Source: a virus | Length of the DNA stretch: 64,000 nucleotides | Virus genome (UHGV): UHGV-0064883 | Direction: 5' to 3' (one strand) | Shown: one piece after another, positions 27,914 through 37,424 of the stretch | How the letters are laid out: every line of letters begins with the position of its first letter | How positions within the stretch are numbered: the stretch's first letter is position 1 | Notes under the pieces: generated by a model | Seen by the model: only the letters and a program-made list of their open reading frames with translations | Told to the model about the DNA's origin: nothing | Databases searched by the model: none | Translations under genes and position numbers: made by a program

Positions 27914-28933
27914 ATGAAGGAATCAAGCATTCGGGAAATCCTGGCCGAACTGGGCATAGATGCGGCCCATCTGTCTCCCACCGGCTGGCTAATCTGTTCA
28001 TGCCCTTTTGCCCAGGCCACGCATCAATACGGGACTGACCGCAGGCCGTCTTTCGGCGTCAAGGTGGATTTGGAATCCCCCTCAGCGTATAAATGTTTCA
28101 CATGCCACGAGCACGGACTGTTCACCGGGCTTCCCATCCGGCTGGGCACGCTGCTGGGCGACCCCGGCATGTATAAGCAGGTCCGCAATCGGGCCGTGTT
28201 TCTGGAATCCGCCACCCTCCCTGACTTTGATGAGGGAGTGGCCGCCCAAACGGTCGAATCTTTGAGAGTGCTTGACGTGGCAATGCTTGATATTTATCCG
28301 TCGCCAATGGATTCGGAGGCCCCACGGAAATACCTGCTTGAGCGCGGCGTTTCAGAGCATGCCGCCCTCGTCATGGATTTACGGTTTGACTCAAAAGAAA
28401 ACCGAATTCTTTTCCCGCTGTTTTCCAGAGACCGGGAACTGCTTGGATTTTCGGGCCGGTCTATCCTGTCCCCGCTTCCGGACGACACGCCAAAGATAAA
28501 GACCTACGCCGGAGTGAAAACCGACCGCTGCCTGCTGGGTATTCATCTGATTCCGCATCAGCCGGACGGCAAACCCATATTTGTTGTTGAGGGCCTGTTT
28601 GCGTACGCGCATTTAATCTCCATTGGCGCCCGCAGATTCTGCCACCCGGTGGCCACCCTCGGATGCCACCTTTCATTTCCGCAGCGGGATATGCTGGCAA
28701 TGCTGGGGCGGCCTGTGTTTCTTTGCTACGACGGTGACGTTGCGGGCACAATAGGATTGTTCGGAAAATGGAACCGGCAGGCTAAAAAGTTTATGGGTGA
28801 CGGGGCGGTGGACAGATTGAAAGACCATGTGCCCACGTTTGTCTGCAAGTACCCGGTGGGGCGTTCCGACCCTGATGATTTGAGGTTGTCGGACGTAACG
28901 CAGATGCTCGACAAGTGGAACACGGGCTATTGA
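27914..28933 (+). CDS. DNA primase (DnaG-like: CHC2 zinc finger plus TOPRIM)
   Basis: CSCPFAQATHQYGTDRRPSFGV...YKCFTCHEHG is a CHC2 zinc ribbon. IFVVEGLFAYAHL is TOPRIM-like. Start is at an internal ATG of ORF 27779. Confidence 0.7.
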   Translation: MKESSIREILAELGIDAAHLSPTGWLICSCPFAQATHQYGTDRRPSFGVKVDLESPSAYKCFTCHEHGLFTGLPIRLGTLLGDPGMYKQVRNRAVFLESATLPDFDEGVAAQTVESLRVLDVAMLDIYPSPMDSEAPRKYLLERGVSEHAALVMDLRFDSKENRILFPLFSRDRELLGFSGRSILSPLPDDTPKIKTYAGVKTDRCLLGIHLIPHQPDGKPIFVVEGLFAYAHLISIGARRFCHPVATLGCHLSFPQRDMLAMLGRPVFLCYDGDVAGTIGLFGKWNRQAKKFMGDGAVDRLKDHVPTFVCKYPVGRSDPDDLRLSDVTQMLDKWNTGY

Positions 28934-29094
28934 TAGCCACTTCTAGCCTTTTTCTTTTATAGGACGTTATAACTTTTAATTTTTTTACTCTTTTTTCTTG
29001 CAATAAAAAAATATCATGCTTAATATTTCATTGTTCCCATCATGGAACATCAGTAAAAAAACAATACTCCCATTGGAGACATTAAAAAAATAAT

Positions 29095-30120
29095 ATGAAT
29101 ACAAACCAACCATCACAGAGCGCAAGGCGCGGTAAATCCGCATTGGAGCAGGCCGCAAAAAGTCAGCAGCAGCAATTCAGCCGGCAGCGCATGCCGTTCA
29201 GGTTTTTCCTCCCCAAAGGCGGCGAGGCTAAAATCGTCATTCTTGATTATGCTTTTGCCACCGACGACGGAACCGGAAACGGGCTTGTCATCAAGGAGCA
29301 TAATTTGAAAAAGCCTGACGGGACGTTCGGGGATTTTCAGCCCTGCACTTCGGAGCGCGGGCATTGTGATATTTGCGAAACCTATAAGAAAGAATTCGCC
29401 CCGTATTACGCCGTAGTCATGTCCATTATTGACTGGCGGCCGTACACCAACAAAAACGGGGAGACCGTCCAAGGCTCCAAAAAGTTGCTGGTCATTAAAA
29501 TGTGGCAGCGCGACAAGTGGTACGAGCTTCAAGAAGTCGCGTTCGCGCAGAACGGCAAGCGCGGCATGCGGGGCATGACCCTCCGGATGAAACGGAGTAT
29601 GGACGCGAAGAGCAGCAGCATTGGCGAGCCTGTGGCGTTTACTTCCCCCGCATCAATGGCCGGGCGCATGTGCGGATTCATGTCGGAGGAAGCTATGTTG
29701 ATACGATTTGGCGGGCAGGATATTGTTGGACGCGACGGCAAGGTCTATCAGAAGGCCGGAGACGGCATCAAGCCGTTCAACTACGACGAGCTTTTCCCGG
29801 AACCGGAACCCATCAATGAATTTTCCAACTCCAATTCCCGGTCTTCCGGTGATGCGGATTTTGGTGACGATGAAGACTTCGGTCAGGATTTGCAGGACGG
29901 TAACAGCGCGTCCGGAGATTTCGACCCGGAAGATTTCCGCCCCTCGGCAGACCAGGACGGCGGGGAAGATTACCTTAACGCCGACGCGGATTTTGCCGGT
30001 GATGAAGATTTTGAGCAGGAGCCTCCCGCCCGCACCAGAGGACGCCGCGTGCCTGACCCGGAAGAACCGGGGCAGCCGGGCCAAAGCCAGGATGATTTTG
30101 ATGATGACATTCCCATGTAG
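29095..30120 (+). CDS. Single-stranded DNA-binding protein (T4 gp32-like zinc motif, acidic C-terminal tail)
   Basis: CTSERGHCDIC is a Zn-ligand cluster. An Asp/Glu-rich C-terminal tail ends DDDIPM, like the SSB DDDIPF tail. Confidence 0.5.
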   Translation: MNTNQPSQSARRGKSALEQAAKSQQQQFSRQRMPFRFFLPKGGEAKIVILDYAFATDDGTGNGLVIKEHNLKKPDGTFGDFQPCTSERGHCDICETYKKEFAPYYAVVMSIIDWRPYTNKNGETVQGSKKLLVIKMWQRDKWYELQEVAFAQNGKRGMRGMTLRMKRSMDAKSSSIGEPVAFTSPASMAGRMCGFMSEEAMLIRFGGQDIVGRDGKVYQKAGDGIKPFNYDELFPEPEPINEFSNSNSRSSGDADFGDDEDFGQDLQDGNSASGDFDPEDFRPSADQDGGEDYLNADADFAGDEDFEQEPPARTRGRRVPDPEEPGQPGQSQDDFDDDIPM

Positions 30121-31572
30121 TTGCAACCATTAACTTACCTGCCGGAAATGGACGCTATTTTATCTCAACTTTGCTGGATTCCAAAAATGCGGTTAACGCC
30201 GACACAGGAAGCGGAATTGATTTCCGACCTGACTATTTACCCACGGCTTTCCGGGTTTTCGGATGATGCAGCTCTGAAAAAGATTCAAACGTTCATTTCC
30301 GGCAAAACTTATATCGGCGTGCCGTGCTTTTACGGGCGGCAGTGGTGCGAGAAGCACCGCATTGCCATTAAGGATGACACGTCTTCCGGGTTTAACATTT
30401 CCCGGTACATCCGCAAGTTGCCCGACCCGCATCATCCGTCCGCTTCCCAGGGGCAGGAAGAATTCTTTTCTTCCCTTCTGGAAACGGTCAAATCCAACAA
30501 TACCGTTTTGGCCGAAGCCCCCACTGGAAGCGGAAAAACCGTGACGGCATTGAATGCCATTGGTCGCCTGGGGCGTTCCGCGCTGATAGTCGTCCCGAAC
30601 GGTCCATTGATGGAACAATGGAAAAAAGAGGCTATCCGGCATCTTGGATTGACCGAGGATGAAGTCGGCGTGATTGGCGGGGGTAAATCCGTTTGGAAGG
30701 ACAAGCCGGTGGTGGTGGCTATCATTCACAATATTTGCATGGCCTCCATGCCGGATGCGTTTTACCGGGCGTTTGGTATTACGGTATGGGATGAGGCCCA
30801 TGTTGTGGGTGCGGAGTGGTTTAGTTTGTCCACGCAGCACCTGCGCTCAAAATACCGGATTGCCATTACCGCCACCCCAAACCGTTCCGATGGGTGCATG
30901 CGAATTGTTACGGACGCATTCGGCCCCGTTGCCGTAAGGCATAGCGGGAACGCGGTTCCGCTGATTTATGCCCCGTTGAGTTACAATCTCCCGGCTAAAC
31001 TGCGGGCCTGGGCTGACCGTGCCCAGGGTAAAGAGATGTCCAGAGTGCTAAAGGCCTTGACCGCTGACTTGCCGCGTAATATTAAAATCGGGAGGCTGGC
31101 GGTTGCCGGATATAAAAAAAACCGTAACATACTGCTGATTTCCGACCGCATTTCCCACTTGGAGGCCATGCAGGATATTTTAGTTCATCTCGGCATTCCG
31201 TCCGAACACATAGGCATGTTTTCCGGGGCGGTAAAGGGCGACAAGGACGCATCCGGGAAAAAAAAGTTGACCAAAAAACAAAAACTGGATGATGTGGTCA
31301 AAAATCCTAAATACCGGGTGATTCTGGCGACCTACGCAATGATGAAACTCGGAATTGATATCCCCCGGCTCGACATGGGAATTGACATCAGTCCGAAGAG
31401 TGAGGCCGTGCAGACTGTGGGGCGCATCAGGAGGCCGTTCCCGAACAAGCCGACCCCAGTCTGGTTTACGGTTGTCGATTCCAGCCGGAAATTCCAGGCC
31501 CTGTACCGCAGCCGGGAACGGGAACTGCTGTCGAAGGGCAGCGTAGAAATAAGACCGATTAAAACTTTATGA
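30121..31572 (+). CDS. Superfamily 2 DNA helicase (DEAH-type)
   Basis: Motif I AEAPTGSGKT, motif II VWDEAH, motif III ITATPNR, motif VI QTVGRIRR. Confidence 0.8.
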   Translation: MQPLTYLPEMDAILSQLCWIPKMRLTPTQEAELISDLTIYPRLSGFSDDAALKKIQTFISGKTYIGVPCFYGRQWCEKHRIAIKDDTSSGFNISRYIRKLPDPHHPSASQGQEEFFSSLLETVKSNNTVLAEAPTGSGKTVTALNAIGRLGRSALIVVPNGPLMEQWKKEAIRHLGLTEDEVGVIGGGKSVWKDKPVVVAIIHNICMASMPDAFYRAFGITVWDEAHVVGAEWFSLSTQHLRSKYRIAITATPNRSDGCMRIVTDAFGPVAVRHSGNAVPLIYAPLSYNLPAKLRAWADRAQGKEMSRVLKALTADLPRNIKIGRLAVAGYKKNRNILLISDRISHLEAMQDILVHLGIPSEHIGMFSGAVKGDKDASGKKKLTKKQKLDDVVKNPKYRVILATYAMMKLGIDIPRLDMGIDISPKSEAVQTVGRIRRPFPNKPTPVWFTVVDSSRKFQALYRSRERELLSKGSVEIRPIKTL

Positions 31573-32114
31573 CATTAAGTGACACTAACAAAACTGCTGT
31601 TGAGGCCGGAGCCGGGAATGATTCTGCCCGGATTCCTGGCCGCAAAAAAAAATACGAGACAAAGCGTGAAATGCAGATAGCGAAAAACCGCTACCACAAA
31701 ACGCTGACCTACAAAGTCAAAAACCGGGCGCGGTATCATGTGGATTCCGACTACCGGGAATCGGTACGATTGCAAAACCGGAAAGCAAATGAGCGGAAGA
31801 AACGCATCATGCTGGCGCAGGCAGTCGTCCGGGGAGGGAAGTACCTGCGTGCGGTGATGAACGAACCGCCCATTGTCGTTGCTGGGGAAGAGCTGATAAC
31901 AAGAAAAAGATTTTTGGAGTTAATCAGCCGGTCATATCCAACCCTGGTACGGTGGAGGGCACACAGAAAATTTACCGTGGAGGAAGTGCACATTTCCGTG
32001 GTCCGGAACGGTCGAGTTGTCCCCCGTCTGGAACAGATAGCCTACCGGAAAAAAGATTTAATCCAATTCATCGATGCCAACCGCGAGTATGTCGGACTGA
32101 CGAAAACGAGCTAA
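31569..32114 (+). CDS. Hypothetical basic protein
   Basis: 181 aa, Arg/Lys-rich. ATGA overlap with the helicase stop. Confidence 0.4.
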   Translation: MTLSDTNKTAVEAGAGNDSARIPGRKKKYETKREMQIAKNRYHKTLTYKVKNRARYHVDSDYRESVRLQNRKANERKKRIMLAQAVVRGGKYLRAVMNEPPIVVAGEELITRKRFLELISRSYPTLVRWRAHRKFTVEEVHISVVRNGRVVPRLEQIAYRKKDLIQFIDANREYVGLTKTS

Positions 32115-32123
32115 CTCTTTTCC

Positions 32124-32142
32124 AATTTGCAACGATTGCAAA
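32124..32142. repeat. 19-bp palindrome ATTTGCAACGATTGCAAAT (copy 8)
   Basis: 34 nt upstream of the next ATG, followed by a T-run. Confidence 0.9.
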
Positions 32143-32176
32143 TTTTTTTCGCAAAAACCAGAAACAGAAATAAACC

Positions 32177-32554
32177 ATGAGTCAAGAAACATCCAATCGT
32201 TCCAGAGCGTTGCCCCCGCAGGGAGGTTCCGCTATCGTAGAAACCGCCGTCACGCAGAACCGCGTTCCGGTAACGGGCGGTGCGCATTCCATGCCGCTGA
32301 ATCCGTTGTACAATGATAACCGCCCGTCAAATAATCCGGCGTATGTGGCCGTTGGCGCGTCCCTGACGCTTCCGGGGCGGCAAATGTATTCATCCGTGAA
32401 AATTATGGCCACAGTCACCCTTCCGGCTTTTCCGGACGATGAATCCATTCAGGCTGCGGCGCAGGCCGCCGGAAATATGGCGGAAACGTTTTTATACGAA
32501 GAAGCCGACCGTTTTAAAGACTTTCTTCCGGAAGAAGGGAGGGGGCGTTGCTGA
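32177..32554 (+). CDS. Hypothetical protein
   Basis: 125-aa ORF. Confidence 0.4.
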   Translation: MSQETSNRSRALPPQGGSAIVETAVTQNRVPVTGGAHSMPLNPLYNDNRPSNNPAYVAVGASLTLPGRQMYSSVKIMATVTLPAFPDDESIQAAAQAAGNMAETFLYEEADRFKDFLPEEGRGRC

Positions 32555-33780
32555 TGGCCGGGGAATCGCCAAAACGGTCGAGGTCGCAAAAAGCATCCGC
32601 CCCGGCGGGGCTGGCCGAACTGCGTGCCGACCTCGTGAAAGGCGGGCGCGGGCGGGCTATGGACGGCAGCCGCATCGGCGTAGATGACTGGATGATTCCC
32701 ACGGGAATCTTCCACTTGGATTACGCTTTTTTGGGCGGCATCCAGGAAGGCCAGGTGACGATGTTCCTGGGGCTTCCGTCCGCGCATAAAACGACTATCG
32801 CCCTGAAAACCATTGCCGGGCTGCACCGGAAATACCCGGATAAATGGGCGGTGCTTGTGGATGCGGAAGACAACTACGACCAGAAATATTCACAGGATTT
32901 GGGCATTGATACCGACCGCCTGGAAGTCATCAAACCCTTTGACGGGCCTACCGCCGTTGATGCGCTGGAAGCCGCATTGCGCGTCCCGGAAGTAGGGCTT
33001 GTCGTGCTGGATTCCATCCCTGCCTGTTCCGGAATGCAGGTGCTTACCAAATCGGCGGAGGATGCCAGCGTGTCGGAATTGGCGACAATCATGAGCCGGA
33101 TGGCGAGTAAAATCACTTCGACGCTTGTGACGGAAAAAGAAAAAGGGCATCTGGTGTCCGTTATTCTTTTAAATCAGTTCCGGTCTAAAATCGGCGTCAT
33201 GTTCGGGAATCCGCTGACCAGCCCCGGAGGTTATTTTATCAACCACCTGGCGACGAGAAAAATCGTGTTCCGGTCAAAGCCCATCCTCCAAAGCACCAGC
33301 CTGGATGAAAAAGCGGAAGGAGTGGCCCAGATTTCTTTCACGGTGGAAAAATCAAAGTTCGGCGGCCCTGTCCGGGCTGGGGAATTTTTCATGTCGCATC
33401 TTCCGCAGGGCTACCCGGTGATGAACCCGTCGGCAACCAAGGAAAGCACCCGCATCTGCGTCAACCGCCCCTATTTACAGGGGGAGGTGATTGAAGAGCC
33501 GCAGGTAGTCCAGCTGGCCGTGAAATACGGGCTGCTTTCCGGCGCGGGGGCCAACATGTCTTGTCCGCTTGTCTCCCAGGAAAAGATGTCCAAGACGCAA
33601 TGGATGCTGTGGCTTAGGGACCACCCGGAAGAATCGGCTGTGCTCAAGGCAAACCTTGTCGCTCTGTACCGGGCGTACTCCAACCGCCAAACGGTTCCGG
33701 TTGACGGGTATCTGCTCGGAGTCGGAAAAGATAAGATTCTGCCGGAGGAAAGCCTCCGGAAGATTATCGCCAACATGTGA
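32548..33780 (+). CDS. RecA-family recombinase homolog (UvsX/RadA-like core) with atypical P-loop
   Basis: IPTGIFHLDYAFLGGIQEGQVTMFLGLPSAHKTT...AVLVDAEDNYD...LVVLDSIPA aligns to the RecA core. The Walker A reads GLPSAHKT: His replaces the conserved Gly before Lys. Confidence 0.65.
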   Translation: MLMAGESPKRSRSQKASAPAGLAELRADLVKGGRGRAMDGSRIGVDDWMIPTGIFHLDYAFLGGIQEGQVTMFLGLPSAHKTTIALKTIAGLHRKYPDKWAVLVDAEDNYDQKYSQDLGIDTDRLEVIKPFDGPTAVDALEAALRVPEVGLVVLDSIPACSGMQVLTKSAEDASVSELATIMSRMASKITSTLVTEKEKGHLVSVILLNQFRSKIGVMFGNPLTSPGGYFINHLATRKIVFRSKPILQSTSLDEKAEGVAQISFTVEKSKFGGPVRAGEFFMSHLPQGYPVMNPSATKESTRICVNRPYLQGEVIEEPQVVQLAVKYGLLSGAGANMSCPLVSQEKMSKTQWMLWLRDHPEESAVLKANLVALYRAYSNRQTVPVDGYLLGVGKDKILPEESLRKIIANM

Positions 33781-33792
33781 GGTGGGGGGGGT

Positions 33793-34152
33793 ATGAAACA
33801 ACCAAAACGTTTAGGGGTTTTGACACAGAGCCGGGCCTATAACCACGCCCCGGTACAGGAGCGGGAAGCCGCGAAAAGGCTTGGCGGGCGTACCACCCCG
33901 GCATCTGGCTCCCTCCTGGAAAAAGGTGATGTGCGCGTTTCCGGCATTCTTCGTTTGGAGTGCAAGGCCACTTCAAAAAAATCGTTTTCCGTCACCAGGG
34001 ACATGGTGCGGAAAATCACGGAAGCCGGGGAACTTTCCGGGGAACTGCCCGCCATTGAAATTGAGTTTCTTCCCCTGGCCGGGCAATTTCACGGGAGGGT
34101 TGCCGTTGTCCCGGCATACGTCCTGAATCAACTTGTTACCGGAGAAAAATAA
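33793..34152 (+). CDS. Small PD-(D/E)XK-type nuclease (resolvase-like)
   Basis: GDVRV...LECK fits a D...E-x-K motif. 119 aa, between the RecA-like and Cas4-like genes. A G8 tract precedes the ATG. Confidence 0.35.
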   Translation: MKQPKRLGVLTQSRAYNHAPVQEREAAKRLGGRTTPASGSLLEKGDVRVSGILRLECKATSKKSFSVTRDMVRKITEAGELSGELPAIEIEFLPLAGQFHGRVAVVPAYVLNQLVTGEK

Positions 34153-34153
34153 C

Positions 34154-35110
34154 ATGGATAAGCAACAATTACTCCGCCGCCTTGGCTGGGAGCGTTCCCA
34201 GCCCCGGATAACTATATCGGAAGCGGCGCATCCGACACAGGGGCCGTCATCATCATTGGGGAGGGTTGACCTCCTCTCGGCGATTTCCGGAACGGTCGAA
34301 CTTGAATCGCTGTCCGATATTTTAAACCGGGCCAGCAGGCAGCTTCACGAATCTGAAAGGGTGCATGCGGACTGCCTGCACGTATCAAGTCTGATAGGCG
34401 ATTATTTATGCCCCCGCCGGATTTGGCTCGCAAGGCATCACCATCTCACGGCTGTCAGCCGAGTCAGCCCCGCGATGAAAATTGTGTGGGACATGGGCCG
34501 GGCATGCGAAAAAACCGTCCGCGATTTGCTGATTGCCGGAATGGGCCGGTCAAGAGTCCTCGGAAAGTGGTCATGTGCGTGCGGAAAGACGTCGCACGTC
34601 GGGCAGGGTCAGGAAATTCATTGCAACATCTGTGATACCGACTGCGCTATTTATGGCGAAGCCGATCTGTACTATTCGCCGCTAAAGATTTTCGGGCATT
34701 CCGATTTTATTTATCTGGACGAAAACCGGAACGTCAATGTCGTGGAGATTAAATCCATCAATAAATCCGACTGGCTTGCATTATCAGAGCCGAAGCGTGA
34801 CCACGTTGCCCAGGTCTCCATGTATTACTTTATGCTACGGGAGTCGATGGGGCAGGAGCGCATGTATCCGGGTGCGCAGATTATTTATGTGTGCAAGGAT
34901 TACATTACGCGGCAAATGCCGTGGAAGTGCTACACCGTCCCGCAGGGAACCTGTGAAGCCGCATCCGAAGAGGTTTTACGCACGGCAACCGCAGTCCAGA
35001 GCGGATACGCCCCCGCCTGCCCGCCCCGGCTGTTGTGCTGCACGTCGCCGGATTGCCTCACGTCCCGAAATTGTATTGCATGCGCCGTCTGTTTTATGCA
35101 CAATGATTAA
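34154..35110 (+). CDS. Cas4/RecB-like exonuclease (PD-(D/E)XK with Cys cluster)
   Basis: DFIYLDENRNVNVVEIKS (D...E-x-K), QVSMYY (Q-h-x-x-Y), an N-terminal Cys and a C-terminal cluster ACPPRLLCCTSPDCLTSRNCIACAVC (putative Fe-S). GGAG ribosome-binding site 9 nt upstream. Confidence 0.5.
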   Translation: MDKQQLLRRLGWERSQPRITISEAAHPTQGPSSSLGRVDLLSAISGTVELESLSDILNRASRQLHESERVHADCLHVSSLIGDYLCPRRIWLARHHHLTAVSRVSPAMKIVWDMGRACEKTVRDLLIAGMGRSRVLGKWSCACGKTSHVGQGQEIHCNICDTDCAIYGEADLYYSPLKIFGHSDFIYLDENRNVNVVEIKSINKSDWLALSEPKRDHVAQVSMYYFMLRESMGQERMYPGAQIIYVCKDYITRQMPWKCYTVPQGTCEAASEEVLRTATAVQSGYAPACPPRLLCCTSPDCLTSRNCIACAVCFMHND

Positions 35111-35134
35111 ACATCAAAGATAGATAGACGATTT

Positions 35135-35362
35135 ATGTTTTTGCAACCAATATCCCCCGCCGTAGTCCGGACTTGCCGGATGTACGGAGTTCCTGAGGCC
35201 CTTGCCCCGATATGCCGAAATTTGACGAAGACGGGAATCAAAAAATTAGGAAGAGCGTATAAGGATTATACCGTCAAATGCGGGGCTGACCCGGCCCACG
35301 CTGATGCCAGCAACTGGGGCGGAACCGTCATGCGAATCTTACGTGATTATCGGAAAAAATGA
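35135..35362 (+). CDS. Hypothetical small protein
   Basis: 75-aa ORF. Confidence 0.3.
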   Translation: MFLQPISPAVVRTCRMYGVPEALAPICRNLTKTGIKKLGRAYKDYTVKCGADPAHADASNWGGTVMRILRDYRKK

Positions 35363-35928
35363 ACATCCTCGGCATTGACCCGTCCCTGACTGCCACCGGG
35401 CTTTATTTGCGGGAAACCGGGCTTATGGCCGCCCCGGAATCCACGCTGATTGCCCCAAAAAATTTGAGGGACATGGAGCGGCTGTGTTTTATCCGCGACT
35501 TCCTTCTCGGATTCATCAACAGAGACCGGGCGTTTTTTCCCGAATTGGCGGTCATTGAAGGGTACGCAATGGGGGCGAAAACCCATACGCACGACCTCGG
35601 AGAAGCCGGAGCCATGCTGAAAACTGCGGTTTACGAGGCGGGAATTGACCTGCTGATAGTCCCGCCCGCCACGCTGAAAAAGTTCATCACGGGAAGCGGG
35701 AACAGCAAAAAACAAGTGATGATGGTGGAAGCGCTTTCTCGGTATCATGTTAAAATCACCGATGATAATATTTGTGATGCGTTCTGCCTGACACACTTTG
35801 GGGAAGCCTGGTACGCGGCTAATGCTTTTGGCCGTACAGCGGGAGGAATCGGCATCACAAAAAGCCAGTATGCCTGCCTGTCCGCTGCCCGGCTGGTTCC
35901 TGGCCGCAAACGGTCGTCTCGGAGATAA
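35359..35928 (+). CDS. RuvC-family Holliday junction resolvase
   Basis: MNILGIDPSLTATGL (catalytic D), AVIEGYAM (E), and a C-terminal DDNICDAF (D). Confidence 0.75.
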   Translation: MNILGIDPSLTATGLYLRETGLMAAPESTLIAPKNLRDMERLCFIRDFLLGFINRDRAFFPELAVIEGYAMGAKTHTHDLGEAGAMLKTAVYEAGIDLLIVPPATLKKFITGSGNSKKQVMMVEALSRYHVKITDDNICDAFCLTHFGEAWYAANAFGRTAGGIGITKSQYACLSAARLVPGRKRSSRR

Positions 35929-35953
35929 CCGGCTGCCGGTTTTTCCTTTTTTC

Positions 35954-36093
35954 AATTTGCAATCATTGCAAATTTTTTTCGCTGACTGTGTAATTTTATC
36001 TTGCAATTTCTAAAAAATAATGCTAAATTGCATTCATCAAAGGGAGGGAAACCTCCCAAGAATAAAAAACCTAAAAACCTGAAAGACAAGATT
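35954..36093 (+). promoter_or_regulatory. Palindrome (copy 9) plus conserved promoter/leader cassette
   Basis: ATTTGCAATCATTGCAAAT, then TTGCAA-17nt-TAAATT, then CATTCATCAAAGGGAGGGAAACCTCCC (hairpin GGGAGG-GAAA-CCTCCC), then AAAAACCTAAAAACCTG and the ATG. Confidence 0.55.
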
Positions 36094-36306
36094 ATGAATA
36101 ACAAAGAAACATTCTATCTGGTTGAAGTTTACCACCTCGGAACCGCTGTTGGCAGCCTTATTTCCCTTGACCATGTGCACCGCTGCAAGTCCCTGGAATC
36201 TGCGAAAGATTTCGGTTCCATCATGAAAGAAAAAAATGGGTGGTTTGAAGTAACGGAAATCACTTCCGAAGGCCGTTCCATTGTGTTTGATTCCCGCAAC
36301 AACTAA
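36094..36306 (+). CDS. Small hypothetical protein (cassette-driven)
   Basis: 70 aa (MNNKETFYLVEVYHLG...). Confidence 0.4.
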   Translation: MNNKETFYLVEVYHLGTAVGSLISLDHVHRCKSLESAKDFGSIMKEKNGWFEVTEITSEGRSIVFDSRNN

Positions 36307-36549
36307 CCCGTCAAGACAATGAAAGTACAAGCTAAAATTATCACCGAACAGGAGTACAAATGGTACGGGGGTTGCCCCTCAAGATGCGGAACACGGAATG
36401 GGAAAATCGGTATAAAGAAAACGGCATTAAGTTTGAAACCCGCGTGAATATCTAAAATCCTCAAGCCCCTCTTTGGAGGGGCAAGACCCCTCCACCGCAA
36501 CCAGAAAAACTTTTCAGCAGTAAAAATTTTCGGTGGTACTAATTAGGTT

Positions 36550-36596
36550 CTGCCCCTTTTCCGGCCTTTCGTTGCTGGGAAGGGGGCAGTTTTTTT
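36550..36596 (+). terminator. Intrinsic terminator
   Basis: CTGCCCC...GGGGCAG stem with a TTCC/GGAA inner stem, followed by T7. Confidence 0.5.
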
Positions 36597-36599
36597 GCG

Positions 36600-36762
36600 T
36601 CAATTTGTAGTGGTATTTTTAATTTTAGCGCACAAATAACTATATATTGCGGCTATTTTCGTAAACGGTTGACTTTAAGAAAAATAAACTCTTGAACCGG
36701 TTTGACGGCAAGTTAAGATGCCGGAGGTTAAACACTAGTTTGGCTGTCTTCTATCTTTTCGA
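36600..36762 (+). ncRNA. Candidate small transcript between two intrinsic terminators
   Basis: 160 nt with no ORF, a TTGACT/TTGAAC promoter-like sequence, bounded by terminators at 36550-36596 and 36763-36803. Confidence 0.2.
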
Positions 36763-36803
36763 CCCCTAATTCGGAGTGATGCCCGGATTAGGGGCCTTTT
36801 TTT
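36763..36803 (+). terminator. Intrinsic terminator
   Basis: CCCCTAAT-(16 nt)-ATTAGGGG stem followed by CC and T7. Confidence 0.5.
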
Positions 36804-36806
36804 CTC

Positions 36807-36952
36807 CATTTGCAATGATTGCAAATTTTTTTCTCAAAAAAGATTCTTTTTTCTCTTGCAATTTCTAAAAAAGAATGATAAATTACATTCATCAAAGGGA
36901 GGGAATCCCTGAGAGAGAAAAACAAAAAACCTAAAAAACCTGTTAGACTAAA
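36807..36952 (+). promoter_or_regulatory. Palindrome (copy 10, ATTTGCAATGATTGCAAAT) plus conserved promoter/leader cassette
   Basis: TTGCAA-17nt-TAAATT, then CATTCATCAAAGGGAGGGAATCCCT (hairpin AGGGA/TCCCT), then an A-rich leader. Confidence 0.55.
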
Positions 36953-37222
36953 ATGAATACCGTAACCGAAACTGAAATCAAGTTAGGCTCCAAGATTAAA
37001 CCGACCTGGAAGCTTTCCAAAGTGCGTGCAATTGTTGGAAAGGAAACCGAAAAGGCAATCCGCATTGACCTCGACTACAGCAGCAGGTCTGAATATCATT
37101 GGCTTCCGAAAAGCCTCATTGCGGCTATCGAAGAAAAAGAGGACGGAACATGGGCCGGGGATTCTTACATTACTCTTCCCACCTGGTTCTGCATCGAAAA
37201 TGGCTTTGTAACCGAACAATAA
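36953..37222 (+). CDS. Small hypothetical protein (cassette-driven)
   Basis: 89 aa. Confidence 0.4.
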   Translation: MNTVTETEIKLGSKIKPTWKLSKVRAIVGKETEKAIRIDLDYSSRSEYHWLPKSLIAAIEEKEDGTWAGDSYITLPTWFCIENGFVTEQ

Positions 37223-37229
37223 AACGCGT

Positions 37230-37424
37230 ATGAAATTCTTTCTGTCTTTCGTTTCCGAAGCAATGGGCGTTGCCGTGATTGGGTACATGGCCGTGTGCGC
37301 CTACTGGCTTTTGTTCTGTTACCTGGCAACCGACCAGGAATTTAATTCAACCCTTTATCCTCCCCCGGCATATGTCCAGGCCGCTTTTAACGCGGCGGAT
37401 TCTCTTTATCACCTGATATTTTAA
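37230..37424 (+). CDS. Small membrane protein
   Basis: 64 aa with one or two hydrophobic helices (GVAVIGYMAVCAYWLLFCYL). Confidence 0.35.
   Translation: MKFFLSFVSEAMGVAVIGYMAVCAYWLLFCYLATDQEFNSTLYPPPAYVQAAFNAADSLYHLIF

Noticed and set aside
36037-36060. AAAGGGAGGG read as a Shine-Dalgarno sequence for the cassette genes
   Set aside because: It lies 45-60 nt upstream of the ATG and is half of a hairpin whose other half covaries (GGGAGG-GAAA-CCTCCC and so on). It is an RNA structural element, not a ribosome-binding site.
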